In this document: piece after piece, positions 30,042-40,023 of the stretch
Layout: every line of letters begins with the position of its first letter
Numbering within the stretch: position 1 is the first letter of the stretch
Assembly (NCBI GenBank): GCA_023430705.1
Contig: JAEYZJ010000072.1
Location: 1-44,981 of the forward strand
Direction of reading: 5' to 3'
Length of the DNA stretch: 44,981 nt
DNA from: Pseudomonadota bacterium
GTDB lineage: Bacteria; Pseudomonadota; Alphaproteobacteria; Rhizobiales; Devosiaceae
Position numbers and translations under genes: made by a program
Notes under the pieces: generated by a model
The model's input: the letters and a program-made list of their open reading frames with translations, nothing else
Database searches by the model: none
Told to the model about the DNA's origin: nothing

Positions 30042-30848
30042 TCATGCCTCCCGCTTGCGCTGCCACAGCCGGGCCGGCAGCGCGATCGAAACGAGGAACA
30101 GCCCCAGCGCCGCCACGACGATCGACGGGCCGCTCGGCGTGTCGAAGCGGAGCGAGCCGAGGAGCCCACCGGTCACCGCCAGCGCCCCCGCGACCGCGGC
30201 GACCACGGCCATCACCTCCGGCGTGCCGCTGATCCGCCGGGCAGTCGCCGGCGGGATGATCAGAAGCGCCGTGATCAGCAGCACGCCCACGATCTTCATG
30301 GCGATGGCGATCACCGAGGCGAGCAGCAGCATGAAGATCACCCGCGTCACCTCGGGGTGCATGCCCTCGGCCTCCGCGAGTTCGGCATTGACCGTCGCCG
30401 CGAGCAGCGGCCGCCACATGGCGGCGAGGACCGCGACGATCGCGGCGCCGCCCAGCCAGATCACCGCGATGTCCGTTGTCGAGACGGCGAGGATGTCGCC
30501 GAACAGGAACCCCATCAGGTCGACCCGGATGCCGCTGAGGAAGGCGACGACGAGGCCGATGGCCAGCGCCGAGTGGCTGAGGATGCCGAGCAGCGCGTCG
30601 GTGGAGAGCGTGTTGCGCCGTTGCAGCACCAGCAGCGCGCCTGCGACGAGGGCGGCGACGACGAAGACCCCCAGCGTCACGTTGACCTCGGCGACAAGGC
30701 TCAGCGCCACGCCGAGCAGGGCCGAGTGGGCCATCGTGTCGCCGAAATAGCTCATCCGCCGCCACACGATGAAGCAGCCGAGCGGCCCGGTGACGAGGGC
30801 AAGCCCGATGCCGGCGATGAGCGCCCGGGTGAAGAAGTCCTCAAGCAT
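30042..30848 (-). CDS. znuB: Zinc ABC permease
   Basis: GPLGCFIVWRRMSYFGDTMAHSALLG, LFGDIL and LLIIPPATAR. Confidence 0.93.
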   Translation of the reverse strand: MLEDFFTRALIAGIGLALVTGPLGCFIVWRRMSYFGDTMAHSALLGVALSLVAEVNVTLGVFVVAALVAGALLVLQRRNTLSTDALLGILSHSALAIGLVVAFLSGIRVDLMGFLFGDILAVSTTDIAVIWLGGAAIVAVLAAMWRPLLAATVNAELAEAEGMHPEVTRVIFMLLLASVIAIAMKIVGVLLITALLIIPPATARRISGTPEVMAVVAAVAGALAVTGGLLGSLRFDTPSGPSIVVAALGLFLVSIALPARLWQRKREA

Positions 30849-31674
30849 GGTCGTGTCCGTGCTCCTGACCTTCGTGCTCGTGCTCGTGCACGTGCTCGTG
30901 CGCCTCGACCACCCGCCCATCCGCCTCCTGCACCCGCCCGTCGGGCAGGTGGGTGTGGTCGTGATGGTGCTGGTACACCGCCAGCGCCGAAGCCGCACGC
31001 GCCCCGAACAGGCTGAGATACTCGGGGCTGCGCGCCACCGAGTCGGGCGTCCCGCGGCAGCACACGTGGCCGTTGAGGCAGATGACCGTGTCGGTCGCCG
31101 CCATCACCACGTGCAGGTCGTGGCTGATGAGCAGGATGCCGCACTGCGTTTCGTCGCGGATCTGCCCGATAAGATCGTAGAGCGCCACTTCGCCGGAGAA
31201 GTCGACGCCTTGCACCGGTTCGTCGAGAACGAGCAGGTCGGGTCGCCGGATCATCGCCCGGGCGAGCAGTGCGCGCTGGAACTCGCCGCCCGAAAGGTGC
31301 TGCACTTCCGCATCGGCGAGATGGGAGACACCCGTCGCCGCCAGCGCCGCCGCGATTTCGTCGGCCCCGTAGCTGCCGGTGAGGGTCATGAGCCGCCGCA
31401 CCGTCAGCGGCATGGTCCAGTCGATGGCGAGCTTTTGCGGCACATAGCCGATCCGCAGCCCCGGCCGCCGCGACACCGTGCCGGCGGTCGGCTTGAGGAC
31501 GCCGGTGACGAGCTTTGCCGTGGTCGATTTGCCCGAGCCGTTGGGCCCGATCATGGTCACGATCTCGCCGCGCCGGATGGCGAGGTCGACTCCCTCGACG
31601 AGCCAGCGCCCGTCGCGCTTCACGCCGGCGCCGGCCACGTCGACCAGCACCTCGCGTCCGTTCGCTGCATCCAT
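30841..31674 (-). CDS. znuC: Zinc ABC ATP-binding protein with His-rich tail
   Basis: GPNGSGKST, IGYVPQK, LSGGEFQR, LDEPVQGVD and SHDLHVVM...CLNGHVCC. Start 31674 or 31683. Confidence 0.93.
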   Translation of the reverse strand: MDAANGREVLVDVAGAGVKRDGRWLVEGVDLAIRRGEIVTMIGPNGSGKSTTAKLVTGVLKPTAGTVSRRPGLRIGYVPQKLAIDWTMPLTVRRLMTLTGSYGADEIAAALAATGVSHLADAEVQHLSGGEFQRALLARAMIRRPDLLVLDEPVQGVDFSGEVALYDLIGQIRDETQCGILLISHDLHVVMAATDTVICLNGHVCCRGTPDSVARSPEYLSLFGARAASALAVYQHHHDHTHLPDGRVQEADGRVVEAHEHVHEHEHEGQEHGHDHA

Positions 31675-31701
31675 GAAGTTCACGCTTCGGCCACTTGCTG
31701 A

Positions 31702-31757
31702 CGTTATACCATTACGGTATATCCTGGCACGCCGAAAGCGTTATGTCATAACATTCC
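31702..31757. promoter_or_regulatory. Two Zur boxes in the divergent znuC/znuA promoter
   Basis: CGTTATACCATTACG (31702-31716) and GAAAGCGTTATGTCATAACATTCC (core GTTATGTCATAAC, 31740-31752). Confidence 0.85.
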
Positions 31758-31794
31758 GCCTCGTTCGGACGGCGCCTTCGAGAGGGTTCGGGTC

Positions 31795-32733
31795 ATGGTG
31801 AAGAGCATAACGCTGGCGCTGCTCGCGGTGCTGGGCTGGTCCTCCGTCGCGCTCGCCGAAGTGCCCCGCGTGGTCGCTTCGGTAAAGCCGATCCATGCTC
31901 TCGTCAGCGCCGTGATGGGCGACCTCGGCACGCCCGCGCTGATCGTGGGCGGCGCGGCGTCGCCGCATACCTACTCGCTCAAGCCCTCCGACGCGCAGGC
32001 GCTGCAGGCGGCCGATGTCGTGTTCTGGACCGGCCACGGGCTCGAACTCTTCCTCGAGGATTCGATCGCGACGCTGGCGCCTCGGGCGACCGTCGTCGAA
32101 CTCGGCGACGTCCCGGGGTTGACGCTCCTGCCGCCGCGCCAGGGCGGCACCTTCGAGCCGCACGCTGCCGACCCCGCGGAGCAGGGGGGCGACCACGCCC
32201 ACGACCACGGGGAGGAGCGGCACGACATGCACTTCTTCCTCGATCCCGCCAACGCCAGGGTCATGGTCGCGGCCATTGCCGAGAGCCTCGCTGCCGCCGA
32301 TCCCGAGCATGCCGACGCCTACCGCGCCTACGCCGCCGCCGAGAGCGCCGACCTCGATGCCCTGGTCGCCGAGACCGCGGCGCGGCTCGCGCCGGTCAGG
32401 GACCGGCCCTTCGTCGTCTTCCACGACGCCTACCAGTATTTCGAGAAGCGCTTCGGCCTCGCGGTCGCGGGCTCGGTGACGGTCAGCCCCGAGATCGCGC
32501 CCGGCGCCGACCGCATCAAGGCCATCCGCGACAGGCTCAGGACGCTCGGCGCCGCCTGCGTGTTCTCCGAGCCGCAGTTCGATCCGCGCGTCATCGACGT
32601 GCTGGTCGAGGGCACGAGCGCGAAACACGGCGTGCTCGACCCCGAAGGGGCGACCCTCGAGGAGGGCCCCGGGCTCTATCGCCAGCTGATCGGCAACCTC
32701 GCCACCAGCCTCGTCGACTGTCTCGGCGGCTAG
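31795..32733 (+). CDS. znuA: Zinc ABC substrate-binding protein
   Basis: VVASVKPIHALV, ASPHTYSLKPSD, His-rich loop, HFFLDP, FHDAYQYFE and CVFSEPQF. Confidence 0.93.
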   Translation: MVKSITLALLAVLGWSSVALAEVPRVVASVKPIHALVSAVMGDLGTPALIVGGAASPHTYSLKPSDAQALQAADVVFWTGHGLELFLEDSIATLAPRATVVELGDVPGLTLLPPRQGGTFEPHAADPAEQGGDHAHDHGEERHDMHFFLDPANARVMVAAIAESLAAADPEHADAYRAYAAAESADLDALVAETAARLAPVRDRPFVVFHDAYQYFEKRFGLAVAGSVTVSPEIAPGADRIKAIRDRLRTLGAACVFSEPQFDPRVIDVLVEGTSAKHGVLDPEGATLEEGPGLYRQLIGNLATSLVDCLGG

Positions 32734-33080
32734 CGCAGCGGGCCGCGGAAGATGAAGAACGCGCCGAGGAAGATCAGCCCGAAGCCCACTGCGTGGTTCC
32801 AGGTCAGCTTCTCGCCCAGCACGAACACCGCAAAGCCCGCGAACACCGTGAGGCTGATCACCTCCTGGATGGTCTTGAGTTCGGCCGCCGTATAGGTGCC
32901 GTAGCCGATGCGGTTGGCGGGGACCGCCAGCCAGTACTCGAGCAGCGCAATGCCCCAGCTCGCCATCACCGCCACCCACATCGCCATGTGCGGGAACTTG
33001 AGGTGCCCGTACCAGGCAACGGTCATGAACAGGTTGGAGCCGATCAGCAGGATGATCGGCATAACGGACTGAAAGGTCAT
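32730..33080 (-). CDS. Small DMT-superfamily membrane protein (DUF486-like)
   Basis: SNLFMTVAWYGHLK, SWGIALLEY..VPANRIG and LKTIQEVISL. Confidence 0.88.
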   Translation of the reverse strand: MTFQSVMPIILLIGSNLFMTVAWYGHLKFPHMAMWVAVMASWGIALLEYWLAVPANRIGYGTYTAAELKTIQEVISLTVFAGFAVFVLGEKLTWNHAVGFGLIFLGAFFIFRGPLR

Positions 33081-33141
33081 GGGGGCACCGGCGAATCGCG
33101 TGCCTCCATTGATTAACGGCGCCGCTTCCGCCCGCAAGGGG

Positions 33142-34227
<1,086 letters not shown>

Positions 34228-34498
34228 TCGTTCCCCTCCCAGGTGCCCAGGCGGCCAGGCGCGCGCCGCTTCGGCGTCCGCTCCCGGCCTCTGTCCGTGC
34301 CGCGCTTGCCGTTTCTGGACCGGTCCCCTCCTCGAGACGCGGTCCGGCAAAAATTGAGGCACGTACCTCTTGCCATGTATGACCCGTTGCGCAATGCTGA
34401 TCAAGTCGCATCCAGGCTGGAGGGCCGCTTGCGACACGCGATTTCTGCAGGGCTCGGGAGGCTCCGATGGAACGCGTCGAGGAGACAGGGAGGATTTC

Positions 34499-35761
34499 AT
34501 GAAACGAATTGCGCTGGCCGCAATGCTCGGCCTGATGGCGCTCGCGCCGGCCCAGGCACAGACGGTGGTCAAGTATCTCAACATCGCGACCATCCCGGGC
34601 GAGGTCGAGATTATGAAGCAGGCCGTGGCGGAGTACGAAGCCGCCAATCCCGGCGTGAAGATCGAATTGCCGTTCCTCGAGAACGAGGCCTTCAAGGCCA
34701 AGCTGACGACGCTGCTGCAGTCGTCCGAAGCCCCGGACATCTTCCACTCCTGGGGTGGCGGTGTGTTCTACGAGCAGGCCAAGGCCGGCGTGCTGCGGCC
34801 GGTCGAGGACGTGCTGAGCCAGGCGGCCAAGGACGACCAGGGCACGGCCGGCGTTGCCGCGTTCACCGCGCCCGACGGCCACATCTACGGCGTCGCCCGC
34901 GACGTGGCCGAAGTCGTGCTTTGGTACAACAAGTCGCTGTTCGAGCAGGCCGGCGTCGACCCGGCGAGCCTGTCCGACTGGCAGGGCTTCCTCGCCGCGG
35001 TGCAGAAGTTCAAGGATGCCGGCATCACCCCGATCGCGGTTGGCGCCAAGGACAAGTGGCCGGCCCACTTCTGGTGGAGCAAGCTGGTGGTCCGGCTCGC
35101 CGGCCAGGACGGCTTCAATGCCGCCGCGCGCGGCGACGGCGATGGTTTCGCCGGTCCCGACTTCGTCAGGGCGGGTGAGCTCTTCCTCGAACTCGCCGCG
35201 CTCGATCCGTGGCAGGAGGGCTTCCAGGCCGCTGCCTACGGCGATGCCTCGGGCTTCTTCGGCGACGGCAAGGCCGCGATGCACCTGATGGGCGACTGGG
35301 ACTACGGCGCCATGAAGGACAACTCGGCTTCCAAGCAGGGCATCCCCGATGACCAGCTCGGCATCCTGCCCTTCCCGACCATCGAGGGTGGCAAGGGCGA
35401 TCCGACCGACACGCTCGGCGGCCTCTCGGGCTACCTGTTCAGCCGCAACGCCTCGGACGAAGCCGTCAAGTTCATCGAGTGGTACAACAGCTCGGTGGTG
35501 CAGAAGCGCTTCGCCAACGCCGGCTACTACATCCCGATCACCAAGGGATCGGCCGACGAGATGACCAACCCCTTCAAGGTGCAGGTGGCCAAGGACATCA
35601 ACGGCGCCAACTGGCACGCCCTGTTCTTCGATCAGGCACTCGGGCCCGCAGTCGGTGGCGTCGTCAACGACGTCTCGGCCGAACTCGCCGCCAACGAGAT
35701 CGGCGCCGAGGATGCCGCCCTGCAGATCAAGGAGGCGGTGGACGAGTCCCTCGCACAGTAA
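34499..35761 (+). CDS. Carbohydrate ABC transporter substrate-binding protein (CUT1)
   Basis: Signal peptide, PDIFHSWGGG, WYNKSLFEQAG and GKAAMHLMGDW. GGAGG RBS. Confidence 0.9.
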   Translation: MKRIALAAMLGLMALAPAQAQTVVKYLNIATIPGEVEIMKQAVAEYEAANPGVKIELPFLENEAFKAKLTTLLQSSEAPDIFHSWGGGVFYEQAKAGVLRPVEDVLSQAAKDDQGTAGVAAFTAPDGHIYGVARDVAEVVLWYNKSLFEQAGVDPASLSDWQGFLAAVQKFKDAGITPIAVGAKDKWPAHFWWSKLVVRLAGQDGFNAAARGDGDGFAGPDFVRAGELFLELAALDPWQEGFQAAAYGDASGFFGDGKAAMHLMGDWDYGAMKDNSASKQGIPDDQLGILPFPTIEGGKGDPTDTLGGLSGYLFSRNASDEAVKFIEWYNSSVVQKRFANAGYYIPITKGSADEMTNPFKVQVAKDINGANWHALFFDQALGPAVGGVVNDVSAELAANEIGAEDAALQIKEAVDESLAQ

Positions 35762-35842
35762 CGCCAGCCGGCGGCCGGCGGGGACCTTCGCGCCCCTGCC
35801 GGCCCCGGCATGACTTTTCCGAGACTGGGTGGGTGAGGCCAG

Positions 35843-36778
35843 GTGACGAGCATAGCAACGATCCCCATGGAGGCCGGCGCGGCCGGCGTGAGACGGCGCC
35901 GCCGCTACATGGATCGCAAGAGCCTTGTGCCCCTGCTGATCCTCATTCCGCCTTCGCTGGTGCTGTTCATCCTCTTCGTCGTCCTGCCGATGATCGACGC
36001 CGGCACCTACTCGTTCTTCCAGTGGACGGGCTACGGGCCGATCACCAACTTCGTCGGCCTCGACAACTATGTCGACGTGCTGACCCACCGGAACTTCGGC
36101 ACCGCCGTCCGCAACAGCCTCATCGTCGTCGCCGCCTCGCTGCTGATCCAGTTGCCGCTGGCAATGTGGGTGGCGCTTGCGCTCAGCGAGCGCGGCCGGG
36201 TCGTCTCCTGGATGCGGGCGCTGTTCTTCCTGCCCTACATGCTCGCCGAGATCGCCGCGGGCCTGATCTGGAAGTTCGTCTATGACGGCAACTACGGCCT
36301 CGTGCCGCAGATCGGCGACGCGCTCAACACCAAGCTGCCCTTCGTGCTGGCCGACAAGCTCTGGGTCATTCCGGCCATCATGCTGGTGATCGTGTGGAAG
36401 TACTTCGGCTTCCACATGATGATCTATATCGCCGGCCTGCAGTCGATTCCCAGCGAGGTGATCGAGGCCGCCCGCCTCGACGGCGTCAGGAAGTGGCAGA
36501 TCGTCTGGCACATCAAGCTGCCCATGATCTGGTCCTCCATCGTCATCTCGGTGTTCTTCTCCATCACCGGGGCGCTGCAGCTGTTCGACATGATCATTCC
36601 GCTGACCAATGGCGGCCCGTCCAACTCGAGCCACACCATCGTCAGTTTCCTCTATTCCTTCGGCATCCTGCGCATGAAGATCGGCTTCGGCGCGGCGGTC
36701 AGCGTCATGCTCTGCATCGCCTGCGTCATCGTCGCCATCGTCTATCGCCGCGTGCTGTTCGCCCGGGAGAACGACTGA
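35843..36778 (+). CDS. Carbohydrate ABC permease
   Basis: FVGLDNY and WKYFGFHMMIYIAGLQSIPSEVIEAARLDG (EAA motif). Confidence 0.92.
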   Translation: MTSIATIPMEAGAAGVRRRRRYMDRKSLVPLLILIPPSLVLFILFVVLPMIDAGTYSFFQWTGYGPITNFVGLDNYVDVLTHRNFGTAVRNSLIVVAASLLIQLPLAMWVALALSERGRVVSWMRALFFLPYMLAEIAAGLIWKFVYDGNYGLVPQIGDALNTKLPFVLADKLWVIPAIMLVIVWKYFGFHMMIYIAGLQSIPSEVIEAARLDGVRKWQIVWHIKLPMIWSSIVISVFFSITGALQLFDMIIPLTNGGPSNSSHTIVSFLYSFGILRMKIGFGAAVSVMLCIACVIVAIVYRRVLFAREND

Positions 36779-37656
36779 TGGCCGATCTCGCCGCCACGAC
36801 TGCCCTTCAGACGACCGCCCCCGCCCGCCGGCGCCGGCGCCCGGCGATCTCGCCGCTGCAGTGGGTCACCCTGCTGCTCGTCGCGCTGTTCATCGTCGTG
36901 CCGTTCTACACCACCATCCTCGGCGGCTTCAAAGGCATCGGGGAGCTGCGCACCAACCCGTTCGGGCTGCCGCAGGCGTGGAGCCCCGACAACTTCCTCG
37001 GCATCATCTTCGGCAAGAGCCTCTTCCGCTCGCTCGGCAACTCGCTGCTGATCGCGCTCGCGACCGTCGGGCTCAGCATCATCCTCGCCTCGATGACGGC
37101 CTTCGCCTTCGCCCATATCCGCTTCTTCGGCTCGAAGTTCCTGATGAGCTTCCTGCTGCTCGGCCTGCTGTTTCCCTCGGCCACCGCTATCCTGCCGCTT
37201 TTCATCAAAATGCGCGATCTGGGCCTGCTCGACAGCCACCTCGGCATCATCATCGTGCAGGTCTCGTTCAGTCTAAGCTTCTCGATCCTGCTGTTTCACA
37301 ACTTCTTCCGGCAGTTGCCAAAGGAACTCGTGGACGCCGCGCGCATGGACAATTGCGGCTACCTCAGAATCTACTGGTACGTGACGCTGCCGCTTAGCAT
37401 GCCGATCATCGCCACCGTCGGCGTGTTCAATTTCGTGGGCAGCTGGAACAGTTTCCTGCTGCCGTTGATCGCGCTCAATACAGAATCTCACTACACGTGG
37501 CCGCTCGGTATCATGCAGTTCCAGGGTGAATTCGGCTCCGACTGGCCGAAAATCCTCGCGTACCTGACCCTGACTATCATCCCCGCCGTAGTCTTCTTTC
37601 TCGCCGCGCAGAGATACATCATTTCCGGGCTGACCGGTGGCGCAGTGAAGGGCTAG
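36778..37656 (+). CDS. Carbohydrate ABC permease
   Basis: LPKELVDAARMD, WNSFLLPL and QRYIISGLTGGAVKG. ATG coupled to the upstream stop. Confidence 0.92.
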   Translation: MADLAATTALQTTAPARRRRRPAISPLQWVTLLLVALFIVVPFYTTILGGFKGIGELRTNPFGLPQAWSPDNFLGIIFGKSLFRSLGNSLLIALATVGLSIILASMTAFAFAHIRFFGSKFLMSFLLLGLLFPSATAILPLFIKMRDLGLLDSHLGIIIVQVSFSLSFSILLFHNFFRQLPKELVDAARMDNCGYLRIYWYVTLPLSMPIIATVGVFNFVGSWNSFLLPLIALNTESHYTWPLGIMQFQGEFGSDWPKILAYLTLTIIPAVVFFLAAQRYIISGLTGGAVKG

Positions 37657-37752
37657 GACGGCACCCGCCGGGTCCCGCTCCCGTCCCGGGGGCAGGGGGG
37701 CAGTCCCGCACCAGATTGACCGCCCTCCACCGGAGGGCGTATGATCCCTTTA

Positions 37753-37946
37753 CGTTGGTTCCGCGACCCCGTTCGGGCGAGCGGATCAAAAGGGAACACG
37801 GTGCGGCGTACCCATCAGGGACCAAATCCGTGGCTGCCCCCGCAACTGTAAGCGGCGAGTGCCCTTCGACTACGCCACTGGCGTCCGCACGGACGCCGGG
37901 AAGGCCGAAGAACACGATGACCCGTGAGCCAGGATACCTGCCAGCG
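37753..37946 (+). ncRNA. Cobalamin (B12) riboswitch
   Basis: AAAAGGGAACACGGTG...AAATCCG...GCCCCCGCAACTGTAAGCGG...GCCACTG...GGGAAGG...B12 box GAGCCAGGATACCTGCC. Upstream of cbtB. Confidence 0.96.
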
Positions 37947-37998
37947 AGTAACCGGGCAATGTTGCCCGGCTCAACGTGCACACGGAGGGTGTCCGCAC

Positions 37999-38184
37999 AT
38001 GACAACCGCAACACAGACTACGACCACCATCGCATCGCTCTCGGTCTCGCAGCGGCTCGCCGCAGGCGTGCTGGCACTGTTCCTCGGCTTCGTCCTCGTC
38101 GGCGGCGTCGGCTTTGCCAGCGATATGGCCATCCACAACGGCGCGCACGACACGCGCCATGCGCTCGGCTTCCCCTGCCACTGA
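37999..38184 (+). CDS. cbtB: Cobalt transporter subunit CbtB
   Basis: Single TM and C-terminal HNGAHDTRHALGFPCH. Confidence 0.93.
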   Translation: MTTATQTTTTIASLSVSQRLAAGVLALFLGFVLVGGVGFASDMAIHNGAHDTRHALGFPCH

Positions 38185-38215
38185 CCCGCCACCGCGCAAG
38201 ACCCAAGAGACATCG

Positions 38216-38968
38216 ATGAAACTCTTCCAGCGAATCTTTTTCGCTGCGGTCCTTTCAGGGCTCGCAGCCGGCTTGGCCATGAGCGCCGTCCAGCAATGGC
38301 GCGTCGTTCCGCTGATCCTTGAGGCCGAAACCTACGAGAACGCCGCCCCGGCGGCCGACCACGTCCATGAGGTGACGCCCGCCCAGTCCCAGGCGGCAGC
38401 GCCCGCCGCTGACCAGCATCACGACGAGGACGCCTGGGCTCCGCAGGACGGGGCCGAGCGCACGTTCTACACCGTGCTCGCCAATACGCTCGGCGGCATC
38501 GGCTTCGCCTTCCTGCTGGCTGCCGTCTCCGTGCTCTCTGGCATCGCGATCACCGCCCGCAACGGCGTGATCTGGGGTATCGGCGGCTTCGCCGCGCTGC
38601 AACTCGCGCCGGCCCTCGGCCTGCCGCCCGAACTGCCGGGCATGGCCGCGGCCGATATCGTCGCCCGCCAGGTGTGGTGGATCGGCACCGCCGTCGCCAC
38701 CGGCGCCGGTCTTCTTGCCGTCGCCAAGCTGCGCAACCTGACCGGCATCGGCATCGCGGTGGTCCTGATCCTTGCCCCGCACCTCATCGGCGCGCCGCCG
38801 GCGCCGCCCGAGGTGACCGCCGTACCGGCGCACCTTGCGACCTCGTTTGCCGCGGCGAGCCTCGCCGCCGGGGCCGTGTTCTGGCTGATCGCCGGGCCAC
38901 TGCTCGGCTGGCTGAACGAGCGTCTCGCCCGCATGCCTGCTTTCGCCCTTGAGGGAGCCCACGCTTGA
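38216..38968 (+). CDS. cbtA: Cobalt transporter subunit CbtA
   Basis: PLILEAETYE, WAPQDGAERT, PALGLPPELPG and RQVWW. Confidence 0.92.
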   Translation: MKLFQRIFFAAVLSGLAAGLAMSAVQQWRVVPLILEAETYENAAPAADHVHEVTPAQSQAAAPAADQHHDEDAWAPQDGAERTFYTVLANTLGGIGFAFLLAAVSVLSGIAITARNGVIWGIGGFAALQLAPALGLPPELPGMAAADIVARQVWWIGTAVATGAGLLAVAKLRNLTGIGIAVVLILAPHLIGAPPAPPEVTAVPAHLATSFAAASLAAGAVFWLIAGPLLGWLNERLARMPAFALEGAHA

Positions 38969-40023
38969 GCACTACAAAAATCCCCGTGACCGTGATCACC
39001 GGCTTCCTCGGGGCCGGCAAGACCACCCTGGTCCGGCACGTCCTCGCCCATGCGCGGGGCAAGCGCATTGCCCTCATCATCAACGAGTTCGGTGAACTCG
39101 GGGTCGACAAGGAGATCCTCGCCGGCTGCGGCGACGAGACCTGCCGCGAGGAGGACATGATCGAACTTTCGAACGGCTGCATCTGCTGCACCGTTGCCGA
39201 CGAGTTCATCCCCACCATGCAGCAGCTGCTGGCGCGCGAGGACCGGCCCGACCATATCCTCATCGAGACCTCGGGCCTCGCCCTGCCGCAGCCGTTGATC
39301 CGGGCCTTCAACTGGCCCGAGATCAAGTCCGCCGTGACCATCGACGGCGTCGTCACCGTTGCCGACGCGGCGGCGCTGGCCGAAGGGCGCTTCGCCAATG
39401 ACGAGGCGGCCGTCGACGCGCTCCGCTCGGCCGACGCCATGCTCGACCACGAGACGCCGCTGGGCGAACTCTTCGAGGACCAGCTGATCTCCGCCGACAT
39501 GGTGATCCTCAACAAGTCCGATCTCGTCGCTCCCGAAAAGCTCGACCTCATCGAGGCCCATCTGAGGGCGGAGATGCGTCCGGGCACCGGCATCGTGCGC
39601 GCCCACAAGGGCCATGTCGATGTCGCCGCGCTGCTCGGCATGGGGCTCTCGACCGAAGACAATCTGGCCGGGCGCGAAAGCCACCACGAGCTCGAGCATG
39701 GCGGCGAGGGGCACGAGCACGACGACTTCGACTCCTTTTCGGTCACGCTCGAGGACGTCACCGACAAGGATCGCCTGCTCGCCTTGATCGAGGAGACGAT
39801 CCGCCGGCACGACGTGCTCCGGCTCAAGGGCTTCGCCGCGCTACCGGGCGCCTCCGCCCGGCTTGCCATCCAGGCCGTTGGTCCCCGCGTCAGCGCCTAT
39901 TTCGACCGGCCGTGGAAGCCCGGCGAGGAGCGGCAGACCGCGCTCGTGGTGATCGGCGAAAGCCCGCTCGACCGCGCCGCGATCACTGCCAGCCTGCAGC
40001 AGGCCGCCGCGGTCGCCGCCTGA
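38965..40023 (+). CDS. cobW: Cobalamin biosynthesis GTPase/metallochaperone
   Basis: GFLGAGKTT, INEFG, NGCICCTV, ETSGLALP, NKSD, His-rich segment and LRLKGF. TTG start overlaps the cbtA stop. Confidence 0.95.
   Translation: MSTTKIPVTVITGFLGAGKTTLVRHVLAHARGKRIALIINEFGELGVDKEILAGCGDETCREEDMIELSNGCICCTVADEFIPTMQQLLAREDRPDHILIETSGLALPQPLIRAFNWPEIKSAVTIDGVVTVADAAALAEGRFANDEAAVDALRSADAMLDHETPLGELFEDQLISADMVILNKSDLVAPEKLDLIEAHLRAEMRPGTGIVRAHKGHVDVAALLGMGLSTEDNLAGRESHHELEHGGEGHEHDDFDSFSVTLEDVTDKDRLLALIEETIRRHDVLRLKGFAALPGASARLAIQAVGPRVSAYFDRPWKPGEERQTALVVIGESPLDRAAITASLQQAAAVAA

Noticed and set aside
30841..30980. CAC/GAG-type trinucleotide periodicity at the znuC 3' end
   Set aside because: It simply encodes the His/Glu-rich metal-binding tail common in Znu proteins.
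31725..31739. TGGCAC-N5-AAGC as a sigma-54 promoter before znuA
   Set aside because: The -12 element deviates from TTGC, there is no enhancer-binding context, and the Zur boxes already explain the region.
34376..34396. Possible LacI-type operator around TTGCGCAA in the sugar ABC divergent promoter
   Set aside because: Symmetry is weak beyond 8 bp and no LacI gene is in the window.
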